DNA from: an uncultured Acidobacteriota bacterium
Lineage (GTDB): Bacteria > Acidobacteriota > Thermoanaerobaculia > UBA5066 > Gp7-AA6
Reading direction: 5' to 3'
Assembly: GCA_963815865.1 (NCBI GenBank)
Contig: CAWFIK010000003.1
Span: 283,771 to 347,770 of the forward strand
DNA: 64,000 nucleotides
The position numbers and the translations under genes were made by a program. The notes under the pieces were generated by a model. The model did no database searches. It saw only the letters and a program-made list of their open reading frames with translations, and was not told the origin of the DNA. Positions 37,813-49,532 of the stretch are shown here, piece after piece. How positions within the stretch are numbered: the stretch's first letter is position 1; each line of letters starts with the position of its first letter.

Positions 37813-38903
37813 GAGTTCGCCCTCGGAAACGCCCGAGGCGCCGGCCCCTCCCGATCCGGCGCGGCAGAGACCTTCTCCCCCGGACGCGCCGAGTCGGAGG
37901 CCGCCTGAACCTCGACGCTCTCTCCGTTCTCGAGCGCCACGTCGAGCAGCGCCACGCGCCCCGCGTACCGCCGCGCCGTCACCTCGCCCGCGATCGAATC
38001 CGGCTCCGCCGCGCTCACGAGTCTCAATCCCTCCGGCCGAACGACGAGGTCAACTGCCGCCCCGTCCCGGAGGCCCTCGCCTCCCGTAGCGCGCCAGACC
38101 GGACCCGCCGCGAGGCGCACGCCTCCCGCCGTCCAGATTCCCGCGAGAACGCTCGACCGCCCGATGAACGTGGCGACGAAGCGGCTCGCCGGTTCCTCGT
38201 AGAGGGCTTCCGGCGGTCCGACCTGCTCCAGTCGCCCCGCGTTGATGACGGCCACGCGGTCGCCCAGGTCGAACGCCTCCTCCTGCTCGTGGGTGACGAA
38301 GAGCGTCGTGATTCCGACCTTCCGGATGATCCGCTTCAGCTCCCGCCGCGTGCGCTCGCGCAGGGTCGGATCGAGATTGGAGAACGGCTCGTCAAGCAGG
38401 AGGACGCGCGGCTGAGGCGCGAGCGCGCGCGCGACCGCGACGCGCTGCTGCTGACCTCCGGAAATCTCCCCGATCCTCCGCCGCTCGAAGCCCGCCAACT
38501 CCACCGCCGCGAGGGTCTCCGCGACGCGGCGCTCCACGTCCGCCCGCGGCATCCCCTGAGCCTCCAGGCCGAACGCGATGTTCTCCCCGACGCTCATGTG
38601 CGGAAAGAGCGCGTAGTGCTGGAACACCATCCCGAACCGCCGGCGCTCCGGGGGGAGCCGCGTCACGTCCTCCTCCTCGACGCGCACGGTTCCGGAGTCG
38701 GGCGTCTCGAACCCGGCGACCAGGCGCAGCACGGTCGTCTTGCCGCTCCCCGACGGCCCGAGCAGCGCCACGATCTCGCTTCGCGAGACCGACAGGGACA
38801 GGTCGGCTGTTACATGCAGATTGCCGAAACGCTTCTCGAGGCGATCGAGGTGAAGGAAGTCGTGAGTTGTGAACTGTGAGTTGTGAGTCGGGTCTCTTAT
38901 CAC
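37809..38903 (-). CDS. ABC transporter ATP-binding protein (FbpC/PotA-like) with a repeat-encoded N-terminal leader
   Basis: Walker A LLGPSGSGKTT, signature ISGGQQQRVAVARAL, Walker B VLLLDEPFSNLD, and a C-terminal TOBE-like domain. The only canonical in-frame start is GTG at 38901-38903, overlapping the substrate-binding-protein gene stop (GTGA). This places the (CACAACT) repeats in frame as IRDPTHNSQFTTHDF. Confidence 0.85.
   Translation of the reverse strand: MIRDPTHNSQFTTHDFLHLDRLEKRFGNLHVTADLSLSVSRSEIVALLGPSGSGKTTVLRLVAGFETPDSGTVRVEEEDVTRLPPERRRFGMVFQHYALFPHMSVGENIAFGLEAQGMPRADVERRVAETLAAVELAGFERRRIGEISGGQQQRVAVARALAPQPRVLLLDEPFSNLDPTLRERTRRELKRIIRKVGITTLFVTHEQEEAFDLGDRVAVINAGRLEQVGPPEALYEEPASRFVATFIGRSSVLAGIWTAGGVRLAAGPVWRATGGEGLRDGAAVDLVVRPEGLRLVSAAEPDSIAGEVTARRYAGRVALLDVALENGESVEVQAASDSARPGEKVSAAPDREGPAPRAFPRANS
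38862..38889. repeat. Heptamer tandem array (GTGAGTT/GTGAACT)x4; on the coding minus strand it reads (AACTCAC)n
   Basis: Directly visible. It lies between the substrate-binding-protein stop (38900) and the ABC ATPase conserved N-terminus. Confidence 0.95.
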
Positions 38904-39952
38904 TTCCCTTTGCCTCTTACTTCTCGGTCCCACTTCGCCATCCAGGCCTGGCCTTCCCGCTCGAGCTGATCCCAGTCCATCTTCGCGGGCTTCATTTTCT
39001 TCTCGACGTCGCGAGCCCACTCGGGCAAGTTCCCCTCGGGAAGGTCGGTGCGCGCGGGAAGGCGGTAGGCGCTGCGCGCGGCCGCGAGCTGCGCCTCGGG
39101 GCTGCCGATCCATTCGAGAAGCTCCCGCGCCTCGCGCGGATGCTTCGCGCCGGCGACGAGGCCGGCGGCATCGTCGATGACCGGAGTGCCGCTCGAGGGG
39201 AAGACGTAGGCGAGGTCCTTGCTTCGCTGCATCTCGAGCAGGACGTCGGGCAGGTCCCAGACCGTGACGAGCCCCTCGCGCCTCGCGATCTTCTCGACGA
39301 GGACGGAGGCGTTCATCACGTACTCCTTCGTTTGCGCGTCCAGCCGCGAGAGCCACTGGAAGCCGCGATCCGTCGAGCCCGTGTCGGCGAGCGACCGCTC
39401 GAGGATCATCCCGAAGATCGCTCGCATCGTGCCGGAGGCGATCGGATACCGGATGAGGATCTTCCCCTTCCAGCGCGGATCGAGCAGGTCCTCCCAGTCG
39501 CGCGGAGCCTCCCCCGAGGCGACGGCGCCCGAGTTGTAGACGAGGACGGCGGGAGTCCTGTAGACGCCGAAGTAGAGGTCCTGCGCCTGCCGGCTCTCCG
39601 GCGGGATCGCCGCCGACCAGGACGGCCGGTAAGGCTGCAGGAGGCCTTCGCGCGCGCCGCGTGCGAAGATCGTGTTCGGACCGCCGAACCAGAGGTCCGC
39701 CTGCGGATTCGCCTTCTCGGAGCGAACCCGGTCGTAAACCTCCTGCGATCCCATGTCGAGCCACCGCACGTCCACCTCCGGATGCTTCGCCTCGTACGTC
39801 TTCTCCACCAGGCCGAGCAGGTCTCTTCCGTGCGGCGAGTAGAGAACGATCGGCGTCCGGGCGTCTCTGTGGCAGCCGGCCGGAAGGACGAGGAGAGGCG
39901 TCAGCCAGCAGAGCGTGACAACTCTCCGGCGGCTCATGGTCCGGCGGAGCAT
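38900..39952 (-). CDS. ABC transporter periplasmic substrate-binding lipoprotein (Fe(III)/FbpA-like family)
   Basis: MLRRTMSRRRVVTLCWLTPLLVLPAGC (lipobox), then the SBP fold IVLYSPHG...DLWFGGP.... The start is ATG at 39952 or 39937. Confidence 0.8.
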   Translation of the reverse strand: MLRRTMSRRRVVTLCWLTPLLVLPAGCHRDARTPIVLYSPHGRDLLGLVEKTYEAKHPEVDVRWLDMGSQEVYDRVRSEKANPQADLWFGGPNTIFARGAREGLLQPYRPSWSAAIPPESRQAQDLYFGVYRTPAVLVYNSGAVASGEAPRDWEDLLDPRWKGKILIRYPIASGTMRAIFGMILERSLADTGSTDRGFQWLSRLDAQTKEYVMNASVLVEKIARREGLVTVWDLPDVLLEMQRSKDLAYVFPSSGTPVIDDAAGLVAGAKHPREARELLEWIGSPEAQLAAARSAYRLPARTDLPEGNLPEWARDVEKKMKPAKMDWDQLEREGQAWMAKWDREVRGKGK

Positions 39953-39988
39953 AGCAGCAGAGTCCGATGGTTTATCTTCCGGAAGAGC

Positions 39989-40723
39989 ATGGGCGACTTC
40001 AGCGAGTTCTCGCTCAAGGTGCAGCTGTTTCTCAAGGCGTATCGGTGGCGGCGGATCGATCCGGTGCCGTGGACGCCGCTCGGAAAGCCGCTCGCGCAGT
40101 GTCGCGTCGCGCTCGTCTCGAGCGCGGGATTCGTCCTGCCGGATCAGGAGCCGTTCGACGAGAAGAAGCGAGGCGGAGATCCGAGGTTCCGCGAGATCCC
40201 GGCGGACACGGACGTCGCCACGCTCGTCGATACCCACCGCAGCGGCTCCTTCGATCACGCGGCGATGCTCAAAGACCCGAACCTCGCGTTTCCGATCGAC
40301 CGGCTCCGGGAGCTCGCCGAGTCCGGCGTGATCGGGCAGGTCAACCGCCGGCACCTCTCCTTCATGGGCTCGCTGACGGCGACGGGCCGCCTCGTCGCCG
40401 AGACCGCCCCGGAGGCCGCGCGCCTTCTCGCCGGGGACCGCGTGGACGCGGCGCTCCTCGTCCCCGTCTGACCGATGTGCAACCAGACCGTGTGTCTGGT
40501 GGCAGCGGAGCTCGAGCGGCAGGGGATCGCGACGGTCGCGATCCAACTCCTGCGGGAAGTCGCCGTCCGCGTGCGTCCGCCGCGGGCGCTCGTCGTTCCC
40601 TTCCGCCACGGCCATCCGCTGGGAGAGCCGCACCGGCCCGAGCAGCAGCGCGCGGTTCTCGAGGCGGCGCTCCGGATGCTCGAGGACAGGGCGCTGCGTC
40701 CCCCGGCGCTGTCCGATTACTGA
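39989..40723 (+). CDS. GrdB-like (glycine/sarcosine/betaine reductase selenoprotein B family) predicted selenoprotein; in-frame TGA (Sec) at 40469-40471
   Basis: MGDFSEFSLKVQLFLKAYRWRRIDPVPWTPLGKPLAQCRVALVSSAGF...AALLVPV-TGA-PMCNQTVCLVAAELERQGIATVAIQLLREV.... The ORF stays in frame through the TGA for 82 more codons. The UGA is followed 10 nt later by a 7-bp hairpin (ACCAGAC-CGUGU-GUCUGGU) resembling a bacterial SECIS. Confidence 0.65.
40482..40500 (+). promoter_or_regulatory. Candidate bacterial SECIS hairpin for the GrdB-like selenoprotein
   Basis: accagac cgtgt gtctggt forms a perfect 7-bp stem with a 5-nt loop containing GU. It is extendable to about 10 bp with one A.G mismatch. The apical loop lies 18-22 nt downstream of UGA. 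Confidence 0.5.
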
Positions 40724-40724
40724 G

Positions 40725-41492
40725 TTATTTCGCGGGTGGGGGAGTCTTCCCGGACGGGGAGCTCTTCATCGGCTTCTGCTCGGGCGCCGCCGCTGCGGGC
40801 ATGTCGCTCAGCTGCTTGTACCCCGCCGGCACCTCGAAGAGAGAGGGCGCCACCGGCTTCCTCTCGAACCGCACGAGCTCCATCGTGGAGACCGGCGGGG
40901 AGTTTCCCTTGCCGCGCATGACGAAGCGGATCGGAAAGGCGTCGAGGCCGTTCGCGCGCAGCGCCTTGACGAGGTTGTCCGAGCGGTCGCGCCGGCTCTG
41001 GAGCGCCAGGAACGCGGAGGAAGGGAAGAGCTCGCGGGCGGCGCAGATCTCCCACCGCGAGCCGCTCGAGGAGATGAGAAGTGCCTTCTCGCACGAATAC
41101 CCGGCGATCGTGTCGCGCCCCATCCGCCGTACCCGGTAGGTGCTCCGCGCCTCCTGCGGCGAGGCCTTCCGGAACTCCTTCAGATCGGTGATGGAGTAGG
41201 CCTTCCGGGTGTCGTCGATGTTGACGATGTGGTCCGGGTCGGACAGCTTCTGGATGATGACGATCTTCTGTCCCGCCGGCGGCGCGCCTTTCCCCGGCGT
41301 AGAGTCCGCCGTTTTGATCTCCCATTCCATCCGGTAGGCGCCCTTGGACAGATAGACCTTGCCGGAGCCGGGCACCGTCTTCCCGCCCCCCGCCCAGGCG
41401 GAGCCCTGGAACTCGGCGACCCCCTCGCTCTGAGCGAAGGCGGCCGCGCGCAGCGCGAGGAGCGCGGCGGCGGCGAGGGTCCAGGGCTTCAC
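40725..41492 (-). CDS. Hypothetical secreted protein
   Basis: GTG start. Signal peptide (M)KPWTLAAAALLALRAAAFAQSEG, then a domain about 230 aa long that I do not recognise. The start overlaps the upstream gene stop by 4 nt. Confidence 0.5.
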   Translation of the reverse strand: MKPWTLAAAALLALRAAAFAQSEGVAEFQGSAWAGGGKTVPGSGKVYLSKGAYRMEWEIKTADSTPGKGAPPAGQKIVIIQKLSDPDHIVNIDDTRKAYSITDLKEFRKASPQEARSTYRVRRMGRDTIAGYSCEKALLISSSGSRWEICAARELFPSSAFLALQSRRDRSDNLVKALRANGLDAFPIRFVMRGKGNSPPVSTMELVRFERKPVAPSLFEVPAGYKQLSDMPAAAAPEQKPMKSSPSGKTPPPAK

Positions 41493-44118
41493 TGGCCGCC
41501 GGCCTTCCAGGCGAGGAGGTTGGCGAAGAGGCGGTAGGCGCCCGGCACGCCAGCGGGGAGCTGCCGGAAGAACGCCACGCCCGTGTAGATGTAGCGCCCC
41601 TTCCCGATCGTGGCGGCGAGGAGCGAGCCCTGGCGCTCCGGCTCGCCCGGGTCCGCCATGCCGAGGAGCGGCCTGTACGCGGGCGCCCAGGTGTTGGCGA
41701 AGTAGAGGCCGCGCTCCTGGACCCAGCCGTCCCAGTCCCTCTCGCCGATCCGGTTCGGGGTCGTGAGAATCGGATGGGACGGGTCGAGGAGCCGGACGGG
41801 CGCCGTCTCGTCTGTCACGCGGTCGATCGGGCGCGTGATCTCGATCTTCTCCGGGGCGAAGTTGCCGGCGGCGAACGGGCCCTGCTGGTACTGGACGATC
41901 AAGAGTCCGCCGCGACGGACGTAGCCGAGGAGGCGGCCGTTGCCCGCCACCAGAGACGCGTCGGTCTCGTAGGCGCGCGGCCCGACGACGATCGCGTCGT
42001 AGCGCGAGAGGTCGCCGTGCTCGAGCTGCCGTGGCGTCAGGATCTCGACCGGGATCCCGATCGCGGTGAGCGCCTCCGGCACGCGGTCCGAGGCGCCGCG
42101 GACGTAGCCGACGTGGCGCAGGGGAGGGAGCCGCAGGTCCACGACGGAGAGCTCGACCGAGCTCGACAGCGGCAGGGGAGTCGGCCGGATGTGCTCGTAA
42201 TCCACGAGGCGAATGGAGAAATCGGAGCGCTCTCCGCTCTCGAGAACCGCCGCGACCGGAATCGCTCCGCGAAACGGTGCGAGCGCGGCCGGAGGGCGGA
42301 GCGCTAGCTCGATCGTCTGCGCGGCGTTTCGCTTCTCGAGCAGGAAGGGGGCCGATGCGACCGCGGGCCATCCCGGCGGGACGCCGACCTCGAGGCTTCC
42401 CTTCAAGGGCTCGGGTGAGTTCGACACAATGCGCGCCTCCAGCCTCGGCGCCTCCCTTTTGCCCGTCGGCCAGACGATCAGGCCCGGCTCGACGAAGACC
42501 TCGACCGGCGGCACAGCGCGAAGCGAATGGCGGACCTCGCCGAACGCTTCGTCGCGGAACCGGTACGTCACCTCGCGCTCGATCCGGATCTTCGTCCTTC
42601 CGATCGAGATCGTCGCCGCGGCCGTCAGGGGCGGAGGCTGGAACGGCTCTCCGCGCACGGAGGACGCGGCGTCGGTCCAGTCGTAGAGAGCGCCTTTCAG
42701 CGGCCGCCGCAGGAAGTAGGGGATCGTCGGCGCCGCCCCCTTCGGCGGACCCGCCGTGAGCTTCCATTCCTCGAGCCTTCCGGGCGGGAGATCGCGTGCC
42801 GCGCTCTGCGCCGCCGGCACGTTCCAGCCGTCCGGGCTCGCGAGCTCGACGTCGGTCACGGACGCCGGGCGCGGCCCCGCGTTCCAGACGCTGACGGAGA
42901 TCTGCAGCGACTCTCCCGGCACCGCCGTCTCGCGGTCGGCGAGCGCGTCCATCGTGACGCCGGCGGCGGCGGCGAGCGCTGACTGCGCGGCCGCGATCTT
43001 CTCGTCGAGCAGCAGGAGCGTCGCGGAGGGCTTCTCCTTCGGCTCCGCGGCGGCCGCGGCGGAGCGCGCCGCGCGCAGCTCTTCCAGCGCCGCCGAGAGG
43101 GGAGTGATCGCCGCCGCGAGATCGCCCGGCGTCAACTGCCGGCGCGTCTCTTCGGCGAGCTTCTGCACCGTGCGCAGCCGCTCCTCGACGCGGCGCCGCG
43201 CCGGCGCGTCGGCGACCCCGGCTGCGATCGCGGGGAGTGTCGTGTCCACCTGTGCGAAGAGGTCCTTCTCCTGCGGCCCGCCGGCCCCGGCCACCCACGC
43301 CCCCCGCGTGTCGCCGCCGCCGATCGGCTGGAGCGCGCCGGTCGACTGCGAACGCTGCAGGCTGCGGCTGGCGATCGCAATCTGCTGGTAGGAGCGCCCC
43401 GTGAACGGCTCGATCCCTCCCGTCGGAAGGATCACCGTCGTCGCTTCGCGGTCGAGAAACCGGGTGCCACGGTAGAGCGCGACCGGCTTCCACGGAGTCA
43501 GCCCCTCGGCGGCGAGCTCGGGATAGGCCGACGGGTCGCCCGCCGCGGCAAACGCGTCCCTCGCGACGAGCGCCGACTCCTGGTGCTGGCCGTGACCGTC
43601 GCGCGGCGTGCCCGAGAAGACGGCCCAGACGATTTGCGGCCGGAAGCGCCGAATCACGCGGACGGCGTCCCGGACGATCTCCTCTCGCGGCCAGAACTTG
43701 AACGCTTCCTCGACGCTCTTGGAGAACCCGAAGTCGTACGCCCGAGTGAAGTACTGCCGCGCGCCGTCGAGCTTGCGCGCCGCGTTCAGTTCCTGCGTGC
43801 GGATGACGCCGAGGCCCGTCCCCAGCTCCTCGCCGATGAGATTCTGTCCGCCGTCGCCGCGCGAGAGCGACAGATACGCCGACTCCCCCCCATCCCGCGC
43901 GCGACGAGCGTCAGGAGCGCCGTGTCCTCGTCGTCCGGATGCGCCGCGATGACGAGCACCCGCCGGTGCGTCGTGAGCTTCGCCACCATCGCGTCGAGCG
44001 CCGGGAGCCCTCCCGTCGAGGGGGGCGGCAGGGCAGTTCCGGGCGCGTTGGCAGCAAACGAATCGCCCGCCGCCAGGCCGGCGAGGGCGGCAAGGAGGAG
44101 CAGGAGTGTTCGTTTCAT
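41489..44118 (-). CDS. Secreted PIG-L/LmbE-family deacetylase fused to a large C-terminal domain (about 600 aa); one frameshift in a C7 homopolymer near 43884-43891
   Basis: MKRTLLLLLAALAGLAAG (signal) ...RVLVIAAHPDDEDTALLTLVARGMGG. The conserved continuation ESAYLSLSRGDGGQNLIGEELGTGLGVIRTQEL appears only if one G is added to the G7 run. The C-terminal ORF continues (VIRRFRPQIVWAVFSGTPRDGHGQHQESALVARDAFAAAGDP...). Confidence 0.7.
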
Positions 44119-44170
44119 TGCGAACGGAGTGTACGACGAGCCGCGCCCCGGGTTCTTCGGACGGAGCGAG

Positions 44171-45982
<1,812 letters not shown>

Positions 45983-47863
45983 CCTCTGTCGCGCCGAAGC
46001 GCCGCGCCTGAAGCTCGAACATCGTGCAGTAGCGCCCCCGCCGCGCCATCAGCTCGTCGTGCGAGCCGAGCTCGATCACCCGTCCGTGCTCGATCACGGC
46101 GACCCGCTCGGCGTGGCGCACGGTCGAGAAGCGGTGCGAGATCAGGACCGTCGTGACGTTGCGCGTCGCCGCGAGGATGCGGTCGAAGATCTCCGCCTCG
46201 CCGCGGACGTCGAGCTGCGCAGTCGGCTCGTCCAGGAGCACCAGCCCGGCGCCGAGCCGGACGGCGCAGAGCGCCCGCGCGAGCGCGATGCGCTGCCACT
46301 GTCCGCCCGAAAGTTCCGTCCCCCCCGCGTAGCCGCGCGCGAGCGGCGTGTCGAGAGAAGCCAGGTTGCCGGCGCCCGCCTCGGCCAGCGCGGCAAGGAC
46401 CGCGTCGTCGGGGGCGCCGGCCGGGGCGACGTTGTCCCGGAGCGGCAGCTCGAAGCGGATGAAGTCCTGGAACACCGCGGCGAGGCGCGCGCGCCAGCCG
46501 TCGAGGTCAAGGTCGCGCAGGTCTACGCCGTCCACCTCGATCGAGCCGGACTGCGGGTCGTAGAGGCGGCAGAGGAGCTTCGCGAGCGTCGTCTTTCCGG
46601 CGCCGTTCTGCCCGACGATCGCGAGCGAGGACCCGGCGGGGATCGTCAGATCGAAGCCCTCGAGCACCGGCCCGCCGCCTCCGGGATACGCGAAGGTCAC
46701 GCCGCGGAAGCGAATCTCGCGCGCCGGCATTCCGGTCGCCGGGAGGGGCGCTCCCTTCGGCGGAGCGAGCACGCCCGCCGCGCGCATCGCGGGCTCGAGG
46801 CGCAGAACGGCGACGACGGGCGCGGCCGCTCCGTCGAGCACCCAGTTCAGGCCGCCGAACGCGATCATGCTCGCGCCGATCGCGGCCTGCGCGAAGATGA
46901 CCAGGCGAGAGAGATCAATCCGGCCCGCGGCGGCCGCGCCGGCGAGCGACCAGAACACGGCGACGTTGGCGGCGGTGACGAGCAGGAGGCTCCAGGCGAG
47001 CGGTCTTTCGCGCAGCCGCGTCGCCTTGTACTGGAGGTCGAACAGGAGCCGGCGGCGGCCGAGGAACCGCTCGATCGTCCAATCGGCGAGGCCGAAGAGG
47101 CGCAGCTCCTTCGCAGCGGGCGGATCGACCGCGAGTCGGTAGGCGTACTCGGCGTCGCGCTGCGCCGCGCGCACCGGTTCCGTGTTGCGGTCGCGCCACA
47201 CGGAGCTCTCGCGCAGCAGCCAGTGTGTGGCGATCCATGCGCCGCCGAGAACGAGCGGCGCCCACCACGTGTAGCTGAAGAGCAGGACCGAGCAGGCGGC
47301 GCCGCCGATCATCGTGACGAGACTGCCGGCGATGAAGTCCATGTCGATGTGCATCGGCGGGCCGGTCATCCCCATGTCGAATTCCCGCGCGACGGTCATG
47401 TCGCCGGTGAGCCTGGGGTCTTCCAGATGGCCCATCCCCGGCGGGCGCACGCACGCCTCCGTCATCCGGTCGTAGAGCCATGCGGCGACGCGGCTTCCCA
47501 GGTTGGCGGAGAGCGTCTGGTGGACCGGCGACAGCACCTGGAGGAGCACGAAGACGACGCCGACGAACGAGAGGGGAGCGGCGAGACTCTCGCGGCGCTC
47601 GACCGCACCGATGAGCGCCCCCATCGCGACGGCGAAAAACGCCGGGAGCACACCCCGCAGGACGAGCACGACCCACCATGCCGACGCGAGCGGCCGGTCC
47701 GCCCGGGCCAGCGCCCCGAAGAACTTCCACTCCTGTCTTTCGCGCAGCCAACGCGGCATGGATCTCCCCGTCAACAGCACATCGTAGACCGGAGACCCGC
47801 GCGGGAAGGGCTGCCGTTCGTCTGGAAACGGCTGGACCGGCCGTCTTCCTCGGTCTCCGAGCT

Positions 47864-49363
47864 CTAGAAGTGTTGGAGGGCCTCCACCGGGGCGTAGGCG
47901 TCCGTCAGCTCGGTGGTTCCGGCCGGGGGTTGCGGACTATGGATCAGGCCATCCGCAGCGAGGACGAGGCCCGGGAGCTTCCATTGCGCGGACATTTCCG
48001 CGGCGTTGCGCCGGATCACGTCCAGAGGCAGAGGATCCGCCGACACCGTGGCAAAGACGAGGACATTTCCTTTCAGGGCGGTCTGACCCGCGGAGAGGTC
48101 GGCATTGATCACATAAACCTGGCCGAACTGACGGCGGATCGTCTGATACGTCGCCCAGAAGAGACGGCCGTTCTTTCCCATGAGGCTGCCGATGAAGTTG
48201 GCGGCGAAGGCGCCGTCGGGAGAAAGGCGGCTGCGAACCGTCTCGAAGAACTCCCGCGTCGTCAGATGAAACGGAACGCCGGTGGAATTGAAGGCATCGA
48301 GGATGATCAGGTCGTAGGGCGAACCGCCTTTGGCCAGAAAGGACCTTCCGTCCTCGATTGCCGTCATCGCTTTCTCGGACTCTTTGTACAGGAACAGATC
48401 GCGAGCGATGTCCCGGACAACCGGGTCGATCTCCACGCTCTGGACGACAACGTCCGGCCGAATCCGTCTGAGAGTTCTGACGACTCCGCCGCCGCCCAGG
48501 CCGATCATGCAGACGTTCCGGATCCCGGGACGTATCGCGAACGCGAGAGGAAGGCCCTGCTCGTACGGCAGGACCGCCCTCTCCGGATGGGCGACGTTGA
48601 CCGCGCTCTGCGTCAGGTTGTCGAATCGGAGCCACCGCGTGTCGAGGAGTTGCGTCACGACGATGTGGTGGTAGGCCGTGTCCTTCTCCAGGAGGATTCG
48701 CTCATAGTGCGGAGCGTCGCGCCGGGCGAAGCCCGTCATCCCGCAGGCCGCCGCCGCCAGGCCGGCGATCACGACGCTGGAAGGGTCGCGCATCATCAGG
48801 AACGCGCAGAGGGCGAGCGTCCCGGCAAGCCCGAGCAGAAGCGAGTTGACCGGAAAAGCGGGAATCAGAACGAACGTCGTCAGGAGCGTGCCCAGGATCG
48901 ATCCCGCCGTGGACAGCGCCGAGTACCCGCCGGCGACCGATCCCGCCGCTTCCATCTGGCGAATGGCGATCCGCACCGCGAAGGGGGTCACCATTCCCAT
49001 GGCGATCGACGCGGGCAGGAAGAGGAGGACGGCCGCCGCCAGCACCGACCACCGCGCATCGAGGCCGCTCGCGACGAGCACGCGCAGGAGGGCGCCTCCC
49101 CACGCGACACAGGGAAGGACGAGCACCGCTCCAACCGACAGGATGATCGACAGAACCGCCGCCGAGGGGCGTCGGTCTGCCAGCCGCCCGCCGAACGCAT
49201 AGCCGAGGGCCAGGGCCGTTAGAAACGTGGAAATCAAGCTCCCCCAGACATAGACCGACGACCCGTAACTCGGCGCCAGCACACGCGATCCCAGAATCTC
49301 GAGGGCCATCAACACGGCTCCCGCGATCGCGACGACGGCCTTCAACACCCAGTTCGCCTTCAT
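47864..49363 (-). CDS. Membrane-fused spermidine-synthase-like aminopropyltransferase family protein
   Basis: The N-terminus has about 7 TM helices. The C-terminal half has a SpeE-type Rossmann fold (VCMIGLGGGGVVRTLRRIRPDVVVQSVEIDPVV...YDLIILDAFNSTG). Confidence 0.75.
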   Translation of the reverse strand: MKANWVLKAVVAIAGAVLMALEILGSRVLAPSYGSSVYVWGSLISTFLTALALGYAFGGRLADRRPSAAVLSIILSVGAVLVLPCVAWGGALLRVLVASGLDARWSVLAAAVLLFLPASIAMGMVTPFAVRIAIRQMEAAGSVAGGYSALSTAGSILGTLLTTFVLIPAFPVNSLLLGLAGTLALCAFLMMRDPSSVVIAGLAAAACGMTGFARRDAPHYERILLEKDTAYHHIVVTQLLDTRWLRFDNLTQSAVNVAHPERAVLPYEQGLPLAFAIRPGIRNVCMIGLGGGGVVRTLRRIRPDVVVQSVEIDPVVRDIARDLFLYKESEKAMTAIEDGRSFLAKGGSPYDLIILDAFNSTGVPFHLTTREFFETVRSRLSPDGAFAANFIGSLMGKNGRLFWATYQTIRRQFGQVYVINADLSAGQTALKGNVLVFATVSADPLPLDVIRRNAAEMSAQWKLPGLVLAADGLIHSPQPPAGTTELTDAYAPVEALQHF

Positions 49364-49532
49364 ATTTGCGGCGGCACCCGTCGGAAGAGTCCCTGCGTTG
49401 ATTGACGTGACATCCCGTCAGGCAGCATCCAGATCTTGGAGCGAAGAGGTGTCGAGGCTACGGCTCGGTGCCGCGGTTGTCAATGAAGAGCTCCCCTCAG
49501 GCGTGAGCTCCCGGAGCGCGTCGCTGGAGCAC

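Noticed and set aside
40475-40723. Stand-alone 82-aa ORF (MCNQTVCLVAAEL...)
   Set aside because: It is not an independent gene. It lies in the same frame as the upstream GrdB-like ORF, separated only by TGA plus one codon, with a SECIS-like hairpin following. I merged it into the predicted selenoprotein.
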